Shown: piece after piece, positions 56,329 to 64,000 of the stretch
Layout: each line of letters starts with the position of its first letter
Position numbering within the stretch: the stretch's first letter is position 1
DNA from: an uncultured Gammaproteobacteria bacterium
GTDB lineage: Bacteria > Patescibacteriota > Microgenomatia > Daviesbacterales > UBA10151
Reading direction: 5' to 3'
Length of the DNA stretch: 64,000 nt
Assembly (NCBI GenBank): GCA_964394855.1
Contig: CAYMZD010000001.1
Location: 120,107-184,106, forward strand
The notes under the pieces: generated by a model
Told to the model about the DNA's origin: nothing
Databases searched by the model: none
Seen by the model: the letters and a program-made list of their open reading frames with translations, nothing else
Translations under genes and position numbers: made by a program

Positions 56329-58329
56329 TCAGGACTTGGAGGTTTTGTCAACCCCGATTAAATTCGTCCCGATTGAATCGGGATCGGGGTCAACCCCCGG
56401 TTTTGTCCAAGAAGCAAATTTGCAAGATGGGTAGTTTCGACATCCATAAAAAGTCCTTCTTTTTTTGGTGTGCCTTACCACAATTTCCCCTCCATCCAAG
56501 GGACATGTGGCATTTATCACCTCTTCCAAACTTTCTGTGTGTTTACAATCAGGGAAACCGGAGCAGGCCAAAAATTTTCCAAATTTTCCCACTCTCACAA
56601 TCAATTCTTTATTGCATTCCGGGCATTTTCTACCCGCAAATTCCACTGCCACCTTAACTCTTTCCGCCACAACACCCACTTCCTCCAGTTTTTTCTCAAA
56701 TGGAGTATAAAAATCTTTTATAACAGGTACCCACTGCCTTTCCCCCCGCGAAATTTCATCAAAGCTCTCTTCCATTTGGGCTGTAAATTTATAGTCAAAA
56801 ACATCGGGAAAGTATTTAATTAAAAAATCCGACACGGCAAAACCTAAAGCAGTAGGAATAAATTTCCTCTCTTCCCGCTCCACATAAAACCGCTCTTGAA
56901 TAGTTGAAATAATGGGGACATAAGTAGAGGGTCTTCCAATTCCTAACTCTTCCAGTTTTTTTATTAAAGAGGCTTCCGTATATCTGGCAGGAGGTTCTGT
57001 AAAATGCTGGCCGGGAATAAGTTTAATTAAATTTAAATTTTCTCCTTCATGAAGTTCCGGTAATATTTTTTCTGTTTCATCATCTTCTATTTTTCCGTAA
57101 ATTTTTAACCAACCGTCAAATTTAATAACAGAACCAGTAGCCCGAAGTAAATAATTGCCTGCTTGCACATCAACTGTGGTTTGACTCACCAAGGCCTCAC
57201 TCATTTGGCAAGCCACAAATCTCTTCCAGATCAAATCATAAAGTTTTTGGTGATCTCTATCGCCTCGCAAGGTCTCACTTTGTGTGCGTACATCTGTCGG
57301 ACGTATGGCTTCATGAGCTTCCTGGGCATTTTTAGATTTGGTCTTAAAAAATCTTGGGGCTTTGGGCAAATAATTTTTGCCGTATTCTTTTTCTAAAAAT
57401 TGCCTGACAGATGAAACTGCGCTTGGGGCCAAATTTAGCGAATCGGTTCTCATGTAAGTTATCAAACCCCTCTCATATAAATCCTGGGCCAGTTTCATGG
57501 TTTTTTTAGAAGTAAACCCCAATTTATTAACACCTGCCTGCTGCATGGTGGAAGTGGTAAAAGGAGGACTGGGGAATTTTTTAACCTCCTTTTGAGTAAT
57601 TTTGAGAACTTCGTAATTTGCTTTTTCTAAATTGGCAACATGTTCTTTGGCTTCTTTTTCATTTTTGATAGTTAATTTTTTTCCATCTTTTTCTATTAAA
57701 GCAGCCAAAAACCTTGATTCTTGATTCTTGTTGCTTAATTCTAATTCCGCTTCTATACTCCAATATTCTCGGGGTAAAAAGGCGGAGATTTCTCGCTCAC
57801 GCTCCACTATTAAACGAAGAGCCACAGACTGAACTCTACCTGCAGACAAACCTCTTTTTACCTTTGTCCAAAGCAGGGGGGAAAGTTTATAACCAACCAG
57901 GCGATCTAAAATCCTTCTAGCTTGTTGAGCATCAACCAACTGCATATCCATGTTACGGGGATGTTGGAAAGCTTCTCTTATAGCCTCTTCTGTAATTTCA
58001 TGAAACACTACTCTTTTTATCTTCTTCCCCTTATCATTTATCACTTGTCCTAGATGCCAAGCAATGGCTTCGCCTTCTCTGTCCGGATCTGTGGCCAGCC
58101 ACAAAGTCTTAGCTTCCATTGCCTCCCTTTTTAACTCATTAACCAGTTTTCTTTTAGCTCGCGGGATAATGTATTGGGGAGCAAAGTTATGGTCTAAATC
58201 TATGCCAAACTCACTCTTGGGCAAATCCCTGACATGCCCCATGGAGGCCATTATTTGATACTGACTTCCTAAAAATCGCTCCAGGGTTCTGGCTTTCGTC
58301 GGGCTTTCTACAATAACTAGATTGTTCAT
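56329..58329 (-). CDS. topA: DNA topoisomerase I with C-terminal C4 zinc ribbons
   Basis: Toprim 'LVIVESPTKARTL', catalytic Tyr region 'GLITYMRTDS', and C-terminal 'CPECNKEL...CSGFPDC' and 'CPLDGG...CRNYPSC'. Start taken at the internal 'MNNLVIVE'. Confidence 0.9.
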   Translation of the reverse strand: MNNLVIVESPTKARTLERFLGSQYQIMASMGHVRDLPKSEFGIDLDHNFAPQYIIPRAKRKLVNELKREAMEAKTLWLATDPDREGEAIAWHLGQVINDKGKKIKRVVFHEITEEAIREAFQHPRNMDMQLVDAQQARRILDRLVGYKLSPLLWTKVKRGLSAGRVQSVALRLIVEREREISAFLPREYWSIEAELELSNKNQESRFLAALIEKDGKKLTIKNEKEAKEHVANLEKANYEVLKITQKEVKKFPSPPFTTSTMQQAGVNKLGFTSKKTMKLAQDLYERGLITYMRTDSLNLAPSAVSSVRQFLEKEYGKNYLPKAPRFFKTKSKNAQEAHEAIRPTDVRTQSETLRGDRDHQKLYDLIWKRFVACQMSEALVSQTTVDVQAGNYLLRATGSVIKFDGWLKIYGKIEDDETEKILPELHEGENLNLIKLIPGQHFTEPPARYTEASLIKKLEELGIGRPSTYVPIISTIQERFYVEREERKFIPTALGFAVSDFLIKYFPDVFDYKFTAQMEESFDEISRGERQWVPVIKDFYTPFEKKLEEVGVVAERVKVAVEFAGRKCPECNKELIVRVGKFGKFLACSGFPDCKHTESLEEVINATCPLDGGEIVVRHTKKRRTFYGCRNYPSCKFASWTKPGVDPDPDSIGTNLIGVDKTSKS

Positions 58330-58382
58330 TAATATATCCTTATCAATGAAGTTTACCTTGATAGAAGTTGAAGGGTCAAGAG

Positions 58383-58694
58383 TTAATGCCAATAATCAAT
58401 ATCAGTAACGTGATCAAATCTATGAATAGCAGATAATCTATCTGACAAATGTAATACTCTCAAGTGGGAAAATACGGTTATAGCCGTAACTACCGCTATA
58501 CTAAGAATTTCCAAAAGCAGTGTAGATCCTCGTGGCGCACTTACATTTAATCCCATACCTTCAGCTATTTTCTCCACCGCTCCACATTCAACAGCTACCA
58601 TACCTGCTAAAACCGCTGTAGAACCATTTCTAGCCCATTGCCAATTTTTTAAGTCTGCGCGAACTTCCCCTACTTGAGCCTCTAGTTTAGTCAT
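58383..58694 (-). CDS. hypothetical small membrane protein
   Basis: Two hydrophobic helices. Confidence 0.3.
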   Translation of the reverse strand: MTKLEAQVGEVRADLKNWQWARNGSTAVLAGMVAVECGAVEKIAEGMGLNVSAPRGSTLLLEILSIAVVTAITVFSHLRVLHLSDRLSAIHRFDHVTDIDYWH

Positions 58695-58712
58695 AAACTG
58701 ATAGTAAATCTT

Positions 58713-58967
58713 TTAGAGTACCTTGTCAAGAACTTCAAAATCACTATCCAAAACTTGGGGATCAACTGAATCTAGCTCTTTTTGTAAATCAGTAGTTGAA
58801 TCAAATTTAAAAGTTTGAGGTGAGGGGCTGGGGGTGGAAGTAGGCTTGCTGGTTGATACCCCGGGACTTATCAAATTTTTTTCTACCCTTTGTTGATTTC
58901 TGAATATAATCGTTATAAAAATTATAAAAGTTATAATAATTATAAAAGTTAAGATTTTTTTATTCAT
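58713..58967 (-). CDS. hypothetical small anchored protein
   Basis: N-terminal TM helix and Ser/Thr/Pro linker. Confidence 0.3.
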   Translation of the reverse strand: MNKKILTFIIIITFIIFITIIFRNQQRVEKNLISPGVSTSKPTSTPSPSPQTFKFDSTTDLQKELDSVDPQVLDSDFEVLDKVL

Positions 58968-59331
58968 TAAGTGCCTTTCTAACTTGCGTTTTAGCCCGTA
59001 AAATTTTATTAGCTAAAATTTGCAGGGAGTATTTCAAATCACCCCCAGAAGAATATTTCTGGGCTTTTTGAAAGGCTAGCGCTTCTGCTGTATATGTAAT
59101 CCAGTAATCAGCTCGCTCAACTTCGTTTTGGGGAGTGCCAAAAGCCACTAAAGTTTTTTGTCCTGCCAAGCCCTTCCTTGCCTTTAACTCCTCCATAATG
59201 CCCGAGAGTTTATTAATGTCTTCTTCAAATCGCCAACAAACTTGCTGGTTAATTTGATCTAGTGAGGGAGTGGCAAAAACTGTCACTGGAAAAATTAAAA
59301 CCATTACCCCTATTAAAATCCATTTTTTCAT
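58960..59331 (-). CDS. hypothetical secreted protein
   Basis: Signal peptide 'ILIGVMVLIFPVTVFA'. Confidence 0.35.
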   Translation of the reverse strand: MKKWILIGVMVLIFPVTVFATPSLDQINQQVCWRFEEDINKLSGIMEELKARKGLAGQKTLVAFGTPQNEVERADYWITYTAEALAFQKAQKYSSGGDLKYSLQILANKILRAKTQVRKALNE

Positions 59332-61841
59332 CCTAGCAGTTCTACTCCGGCTTTAAAGAGTTGACCCTTAACCAGTTTATTTTCCAAAATCAAATGGGAA
59401 AGGTTTGCTTCCAGGGTGTCTTGGATTAAACGACGAAGGGGTCTGGCTCCCAGGACTGAATCAAAGCCACGTTTGGCCAGTTCTACTACCAAACCTTCAT
59501 CAAACTCCACCAGAAAACCATTTTCCCTCATCTGATTTTGTAAACCTGCCAGTTTTAAGGTGACAATTTTTTGTAAATTATCTTTGGATAAAGGTTTAAA
59601 AAGTACCACATCATCAAAGCGATTGATTAGTTCCGGTTTAAAAATTTGCAACAGCTCCTCACTCACTTGGCTTTTTAGCTCTTCCAAACTTTGTCCTTTC
59701 TCCAGACCATGAGCGATGGTGAGCGAGGCGGCATTGGAAGTGGCAATAATAATGGTATTGGTAAAATCAACCGTCTTTCCTGCTCCATCAGTTAAACGAC
59801 CATCCTCCAAAACTTGTAAGAAAAGTGTTAAAATTTTTTGATCGGCTTTTTCCAGTTCATCAAGCAGTAAAAGAGCGAAAGGCTTTTCTCTGACAGCTTC
59901 TGTCAGCTGGCCTCCTTCATCCTGTGAACCAATTAACCTACCCACCGCATCACTACTTTGGTATTCAGACATGTCAAAACGCAAAAATGCCCCCTGGTTT
60001 TTAAAGTAAACTTCTGCCAAGGTTTTAGCAGCTTCAGTCTTACCCACTCCGGTTGGCCCCACAAACAAGAATGACCCCATGGGTCTGGTCTCTTCTCGCA
60101 GTCCAATGGCACTGCGGCGCAAACTATCTGCTACCACCCTGACCGCTTCTTCCTGATCTATCAAACGTTGATGAATTGCTTCCTCCAGATTTAACAATTT
60201 CTCTTTGGCCACATTACCTAGTTCCACCACTGGTACACTGACCCTCTCTGAAACTATTTGTGATACCACTTGTTGTGTAATCCAACCACTTCTTGGTTGA
60301 GTTTGGGCTTCACGGAAAATAAACAGGGCACTATCTGGCAAAACCCTGTCCTTAATTAGGCGTGCTCCTAATTCAGCCATTTTACCTATAGCCAAATAGG
60401 AAGTTCTAATCTTTCTTTCTCTTTCGAAACTGATAGCTGCTTTCTCCAAAATCTCTACCGTCTCATCCAAGCTGGCAGGTGGAATTTCTATTTTAGTAAA
60501 CAGTCTGGCAAAAGCTGCCTGTTTTTCTAAAATCTTGGAATAATTTTCTTGTTCGGTAGTGGCAATAAATTGAAAGCTGGATGATTCCATATAGGGCAGC
60601 ATTAAAGAGTATAAATTCATGGTGGTAGCTACCTCACCTATTCCTAAATTATGTATCTCCTCCACCACTAAAATAATATTTTGGACAAAACTAACTTCTG
60701 CAAAAATATTTTTTACTCTATCTGCCAACTCACCTTGGGTCCTCATTCCTGATAAAAGCTTGGTGTTATCCAAAGCAACTACTCTCTTGGTGGCCAAAGA
60801 GGGAGGAGCGTCACCTGCTAAAATCTGTTTAGCTAAATATTGGATCAGCGCTGTTTTACCAGTACCTGGTGAACCAACTAAAACTACATTCTGTCTTAAA
60901 TCCTGGGATAAGACATTAACAAGTTCCCTCACCAGTGAAGTTCTACCCAAAAATTCCTCAAAACCCACCTTACTCGCTTCCCTGGTTAAATCTTGGGAAA
61001 CACTATCCAAGGTAGGAGTAGGCGCTCCTAACCAACCCCTGTTGACACCCCTAAGATGGCGGATGTTAAAATCATCATCCCAAAAAAAGACCAATCTCTG
61101 GCTATTTTTTTTCTTTTCTTGATAAAAAAGAGTTCCTGCAAAATCTGCCAGTTCTAAACTAAATTGTGCCAAATGGTTTTCAATTTGGGGATATATTTTT
61201 AAATAGGCCACAAAAAAATGGCTCACCCCAATGTATTTTGCACTTGTTCTTTTGGCCAAATTAAATGCTTCTTCTCCCACCTTTTCTATATTGATGGAGG
61301 AAAAATTTAAGGTTTTAAAAATATCTGGTGATTTTTCCAAATATGCCAGCAGGTTGATTACCTCGTGATGCAACAGCAGTTTAGTAAAATTCAATTTCTC
61401 CTTGGCCACTAAAGAAGCGGCCCAAAAATCATCTCCTTGGTGAACTTGCCATAGAGTTTTATGTGGATGAGACAAATGGCGAATCAAAAATAAACCCATG
61501 CCAGTCAAAAGCAATATCAAGCTTAAAATTCCACTAAATCCCCAAATCGCTGCCACTGGCAAAGCGAACCACAAAATTGCCAATGCTACCATCATGATAG
61601 TAGCCAAGGCAAAAGCAAAAAGACCTAACAAGATCCTCACTAAACGAAAGATGAAACTTAAAATGTGTCCGACTAAAGAACTATCATGAAAAAGTGGTAC
61701 AAAAAGAAGTTTCCACATCAAGCCAAATCCCAAATCTTCTTCCAGATAGAGGATTAAATTTTTCCAAGTTAAAATAAAAAAACTTAAAGATTCTACATAC
61801 CAAAACTTTAAAAGATGAGTAGGCAGCAAAAAATATTTCAT
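59328..61841 (-). CDS. ClpA/ClpC-like double-AAA+ ATPase with an N-terminal multi-TM domain in place of the Clp-N domain
   Basis: About 4 TM helices in the first 130 aa. Walker A-1 'LVGSPGTGKTALIQYL', Walker A-2 'FLFVGPTGVGKTEAAKTL', Walker B 'ALLLLDELEKA', and sensor 'ELINRFDDVVLFKPL'. AAA1-AAA2 spacing (about 290 aa) is ClpA-like rather than ClpB-like. Confidence 0.65.
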   Translation of the reverse strand: MKYFLLPTHLLKFWYVESLSFFILTWKNLILYLEEDLGFGLMWKLLFVPLFHDSSLVGHILSFIFRLVRILLGLFAFALATIMMVALAILWFALPVAAIWGFSGILSLILLLTGMGLFLIRHLSHPHKTLWQVHQGDDFWAASLVAKEKLNFTKLLLHHEVINLLAYLEKSPDIFKTLNFSSINIEKVGEEAFNLAKRTSAKYIGVSHFFVAYLKIYPQIENHLAQFSLELADFAGTLFYQEKKKNSQRLVFFWDDDFNIRHLRGVNRGWLGAPTPTLDSVSQDLTREASKVGFEEFLGRTSLVRELVNVLSQDLRQNVVLVGSPGTGKTALIQYLAKQILAGDAPPSLATKRVVALDNTKLLSGMRTQGELADRVKNIFAEVSFVQNIILVVEEIHNLGIGEVATTMNLYSLMLPYMESSSFQFIATTEQENYSKILEKQAAFARLFTKIEIPPASLDETVEILEKAAISFERERKIRTSYLAIGKMAELGARLIKDRVLPDSALFIFREAQTQPRSGWITQQVVSQIVSERVSVPVVELGNVAKEKLLNLEEAIHQRLIDQEEAVRVVADSLRRSAIGLREETRPMGSFLFVGPTGVGKTEAAKTLAEVYFKNQGAFLRFDMSEYQSSDAVGRLIGSQDEGGQLTEAVREKPFALLLLDELEKADQKILTLFLQVLEDGRLTDGAGKTVDFTNTIIIATSNAASLTIAHGLEKGQSLEELKSQVSEELLQIFKPELINRFDDVVLFKPLSKDNLQKIVTLKLAGLQNQMRENGFLVEFDEGLVVELAKRGFDSVLGARPLRRLIQDTLEANLSHLILENKLVKGQLFKAGVELLG

Positions 61842-61846
61842 GTGAG

Positions 61847-62203
61847 CTATTTAACCCTGATTAAATTACCTTGTATGTCAAGCTCTACAAAATGCTTGGC
61901 TCTACCTTCTAAATAGGCGGAACACTGGTTCTGCGCTAAATCATCCATTGCTTGTCTGGGACGATGAGCCACATCTGCTACCCACCCAGGAATTAAATCA
62001 TTGGAAAGACAAGGACCACCAGATAAATCTTCACTCAAATTTTTTCTAATTTGAAAAAGTCGTTTAGCTTGATCAATGGCTTTATCGGCTTCTGGCCAAA
62101 CTCCCGGCTTATAAAAATGCTCCCTGGTTCGATTGGTGTACACTAAATACGAAGAAACTAAAATCACCGCTAAGCTAGCAACTAATAAGGCAGGTTTTGA
62201 CAT
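61847..62203 (-). CDS. hypothetical membrane-anchored protein
   Basis: N-terminal TM helix. Confidence 0.3.
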   Translation of the reverse strand: MSKPALLVASLAVILVSSYLVYTNRTREHFYKPGVWPEADKAIDQAKRLFQIRKNLSEDLSGGPCLSNDLIPGWVADVAHRPRQAMDDLAQNQCSAYLEGRAKHFVELDIQGNLIRVK

Positions 62204-62212
62204 ACATTTTTA

Positions 62213-63316
62213 TTATACCTTACAATAAATGCCGTTACCTAGATTTCGCACTATTCCCAGAATCTCCATTTTTAACAAGTCGGCACTAACTTCTGCGGCA
62301 GATAAATTGAGCTCCCGGCAAATCTCATCAATATGTTTATTTTCATTTTGCAAAGTTTCCAGAAGTTGCTTTTCCCCTGGGGAAAGTTCCTGTTTCCCTA
62401 AATTGGCCTGATCGGACCGATTAGATTTATCCCAACCCAGTTCTTCTAAAATTTCATTTGCTTCAAAAGTAAGCCTGGCTCCTTCTTTGATTAAATCTGC
62501 TGGACCACGAGATAGCTCTGATGTCACAGGGCCGGGAATGGCAAACACATCCCTACCTTGTTCCAGAGCCAAGCGGGCAGTGATTAAAGAACCGCTATCA
62601 CTACTAGCTTCAGTCACCAAAACTGCCCGCGACAAACCAGAAATAATCCTGTTTCTGGCAGGGAAATTACCCGGCATAGACGGATAATCAGGAGGAAATT
62701 CTGTTAAAACCGCGCCAGCTGTTTGGATTTGTTTTGCCAGTAAAGTATTTTCCGGGGGATAAATATTATTTAAACCTCCACCCAAAACAGCCAAGGTACG
62801 GCCACCTTCTGTCAAGGCCGCCTGGTGGGCGCATGCATCAACCCCTCTAGCCAGACCCGACACAATGGTCAAACCCGCTGCTACCAAATCTTTGGTAAAT
62901 TTTTCAGTCACCAGCTTTCCATAGCCTGTCATCTTGCGGGTACCCACTACGGCAATCGCTTTTTCATCTTGTGGTAAAATTTCCCCTTTATAATATAAAA
63001 CAACAGGTGGATCGTAAATTTGTTTTAAGTTTTTGGGGTAGCATTCATCAAAAATTGTCAGCCATTTTATACCAGATTCTTCAATGGATTTTGCATAGTC
63101 TTCTGGACTAAAATTTCTACGAGTTTCTACTAATATCTCTACTGTATTTCTGGGAATACCCAATTCTATTAATTGTTTTTGATCAGCTTCCCATGCCAGT
63201 TTCGGGTCTTGAAAATGGTCAAGAACAGCTTTTAATCTCATTGGTCCCAAACCATCAATTGAATGAAGTGCTAAAAGATATGGAAGATTTTTTATGATCA
63301 CAAGTGGATTATACAA
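62213..63316 (-). CDS. dprA: DNA processing protein A (Smf)
   Basis: Rossmann-like 'GTRKMTGYGKLVTEKFTKDLVAAGLTIVSGLARGVDACAHQAAL' and a C-terminal wHTH (DML1-like) domain. Confidence 0.85.
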   Translation of the reverse strand: MYNPLVIIKNLPYLLALHSIDGLGPMRLKAVLDHFQDPKLAWEADQKQLIELGIPRNTVEILVETRRNFSPEDYAKSIEESGIKWLTIFDECYPKNLKQIYDPPVVLYYKGEILPQDEKAIAVVGTRKMTGYGKLVTEKFTKDLVAAGLTIVSGLARGVDACAHQAALTEGGRTLAVLGGGLNNIYPPENTLLAKQIQTAGAVLTEFPPDYPSMPGNFPARNRIISGLSRAVLVTEASSDSGSLITARLALEQGRDVFAIPGPVTSELSRGPADLIKEGARLTFEANEILEELGWDKSNRSDQANLGKQELSPGEKQLLETLQNENKHIDEICRELNLSAAEVSADLLKMEILGIVRNLGNGIYCKV

Positions 63317-63515
63317 TATCAGCTAGTAGTTGACTCGTATCCGCGGCGCTGTAAAAAAATTCTCAAATTAATTCCCGCGACAGATAAGTAAGTTCCCAAT
63401 AAACCCACTGTTCCCAGACCACATAGGTCACATAGGTATTAAATAATCATTTTTACTCGATCGAAAAATTTTGTCAATAATGCAAGGTACTTAACACTTA
63501 CACTTGACAGATAAC

Positions 63516-63544
63516 AATAAATAAGTATAATTTATGCTCAAAGA
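63516..63544 (+). promoter_or_regulatory. sigma70-like promoter (TTGACA, 16 nt, TATAAT)
   Basis: Consensus hexamers about 10-35 nt upstream of the 63553 ORF. Diverges from dprA. Confidence 0.45.
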
Positions 63545-63552
63545 GGTTATTT

Positions 63553-63795
63553 ATGGCAGAACAAGAACCAAACAGGTCAGAATCACGAAGAACGGATGTC
63601 TACTGGACTACTCGGTTTAGGGCTGTTTCAGAAAGAGATGTATTGGCAGCCATGTATTTGGCTCAAATCTGCGGAGATACAGATCAAAGCCCCGAAGAAA
63701 TTCTTAACCAAATGGGTATGAATAACCCAATTGTTCAGGGACTTGCTGAAGATCTAATCAGTTATCAAAGCTCTCAAGACCCTCAAACAGCTTAA
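63553..63795 (+). CDS. hypothetical small protein
   Basis: 80-aa ORF behind a consensus promoter. GAGG 7 nt upstream of the ATG. Confidence 0.3.
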   Translation: MAEQEPNRSESRRTDVYWTTRFRAVSERDVLAAMYLAQICGDTDQSPEEILNQMGMNNPIVQGLAEDLISYQSSQDPQTA

Positions 63796-64000
63796 ACCAA
63801 ATTATTATTCCCCCAAGGTTCTGGCTGATTCCGAGGCCACACCTCCAAGATCTTGAATTAAATTTTTCTTATCTTCTGAAAAATACCATCTTAATATTTC
63901 TTTAGCCACAGGGGCTGCTACACTTGATCCTTCTCCTCCACCCTCTATTAAAACTGTCACTGCTAGTTTGGGATCATCACTTGGTGCAAAAGAGGCATAC

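Noticed and set aside
1-64000. Integrase, transposase, phage or conjugation genes that would mark a classical genomic island
   Set aside because: No tyrosine/serine recombinase, DDE transposase, terminase, capsid or relaxase motifs were recognised in any frame. The accessory-like regions are therefore described by content, not as mobile elements.

Overview
This 64 kb window is AT-rich (roughly 38-40% GC by eye) and very gene-dense. It looks like a chromosomal segment of a small-genome bacterium. The long same-strand gene runs, 1-4 bp overlaps between start and stop codons, shortened versions of universal proteins, and a giant repetitive surface protein suggest a Patescibacteria/CPR-like organism, but that lineage call is an inference.

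Most of the window is housekeeping genes. The minus strand from 34766 to 63316 is an unbroken run of about 35 genes, including dprA, a ClpA-like ATPase, topA, a dCTP-deaminase/tmk/thyX-like block, rpsB, tsf, frr, rseP, proS, tig, rpsU, ybeY, dnaX, recR, cysS, two M16 peptidases and gdh. A second minus-strand run at 15161-20252 carries rpsF, ssb and rpsR, then two unknown genes, then ctpA and htrA. Also present are dnaB, efp, a tRNA-Leu(CAA), a hisG(short)-hisZ pair, and rpmE-prfA-prmC.

The non-housekeeping material falls into three places:
- A 510-bp gene for a winged-helix plus Cas2/VapD-like protein at 6056..6565. It is exactly bracketed by two perfect 35-bp direct repeats and sits next to the tRNA-Leu gene. 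A related core motif lies upstream of a third gene.
- A stand-alone promoter, structured RNA of about 165 nt, and intrinsic terminator between hisG and hisZ.
- A secreted/surface cluster at 20290-33500: an RTX-repeat protein, TspO, a SET-domain protein, a cupredoxin, an S9 hydrolase, a metzincin-like protease with a variant motif, and a 1537-aa surface protein made of repeated Ig-like domains.

I found no CRISPR array, integrase, transposase or rRNA. All protein calls rest on motifs I recognise in the translations. None is confirmed by a search.
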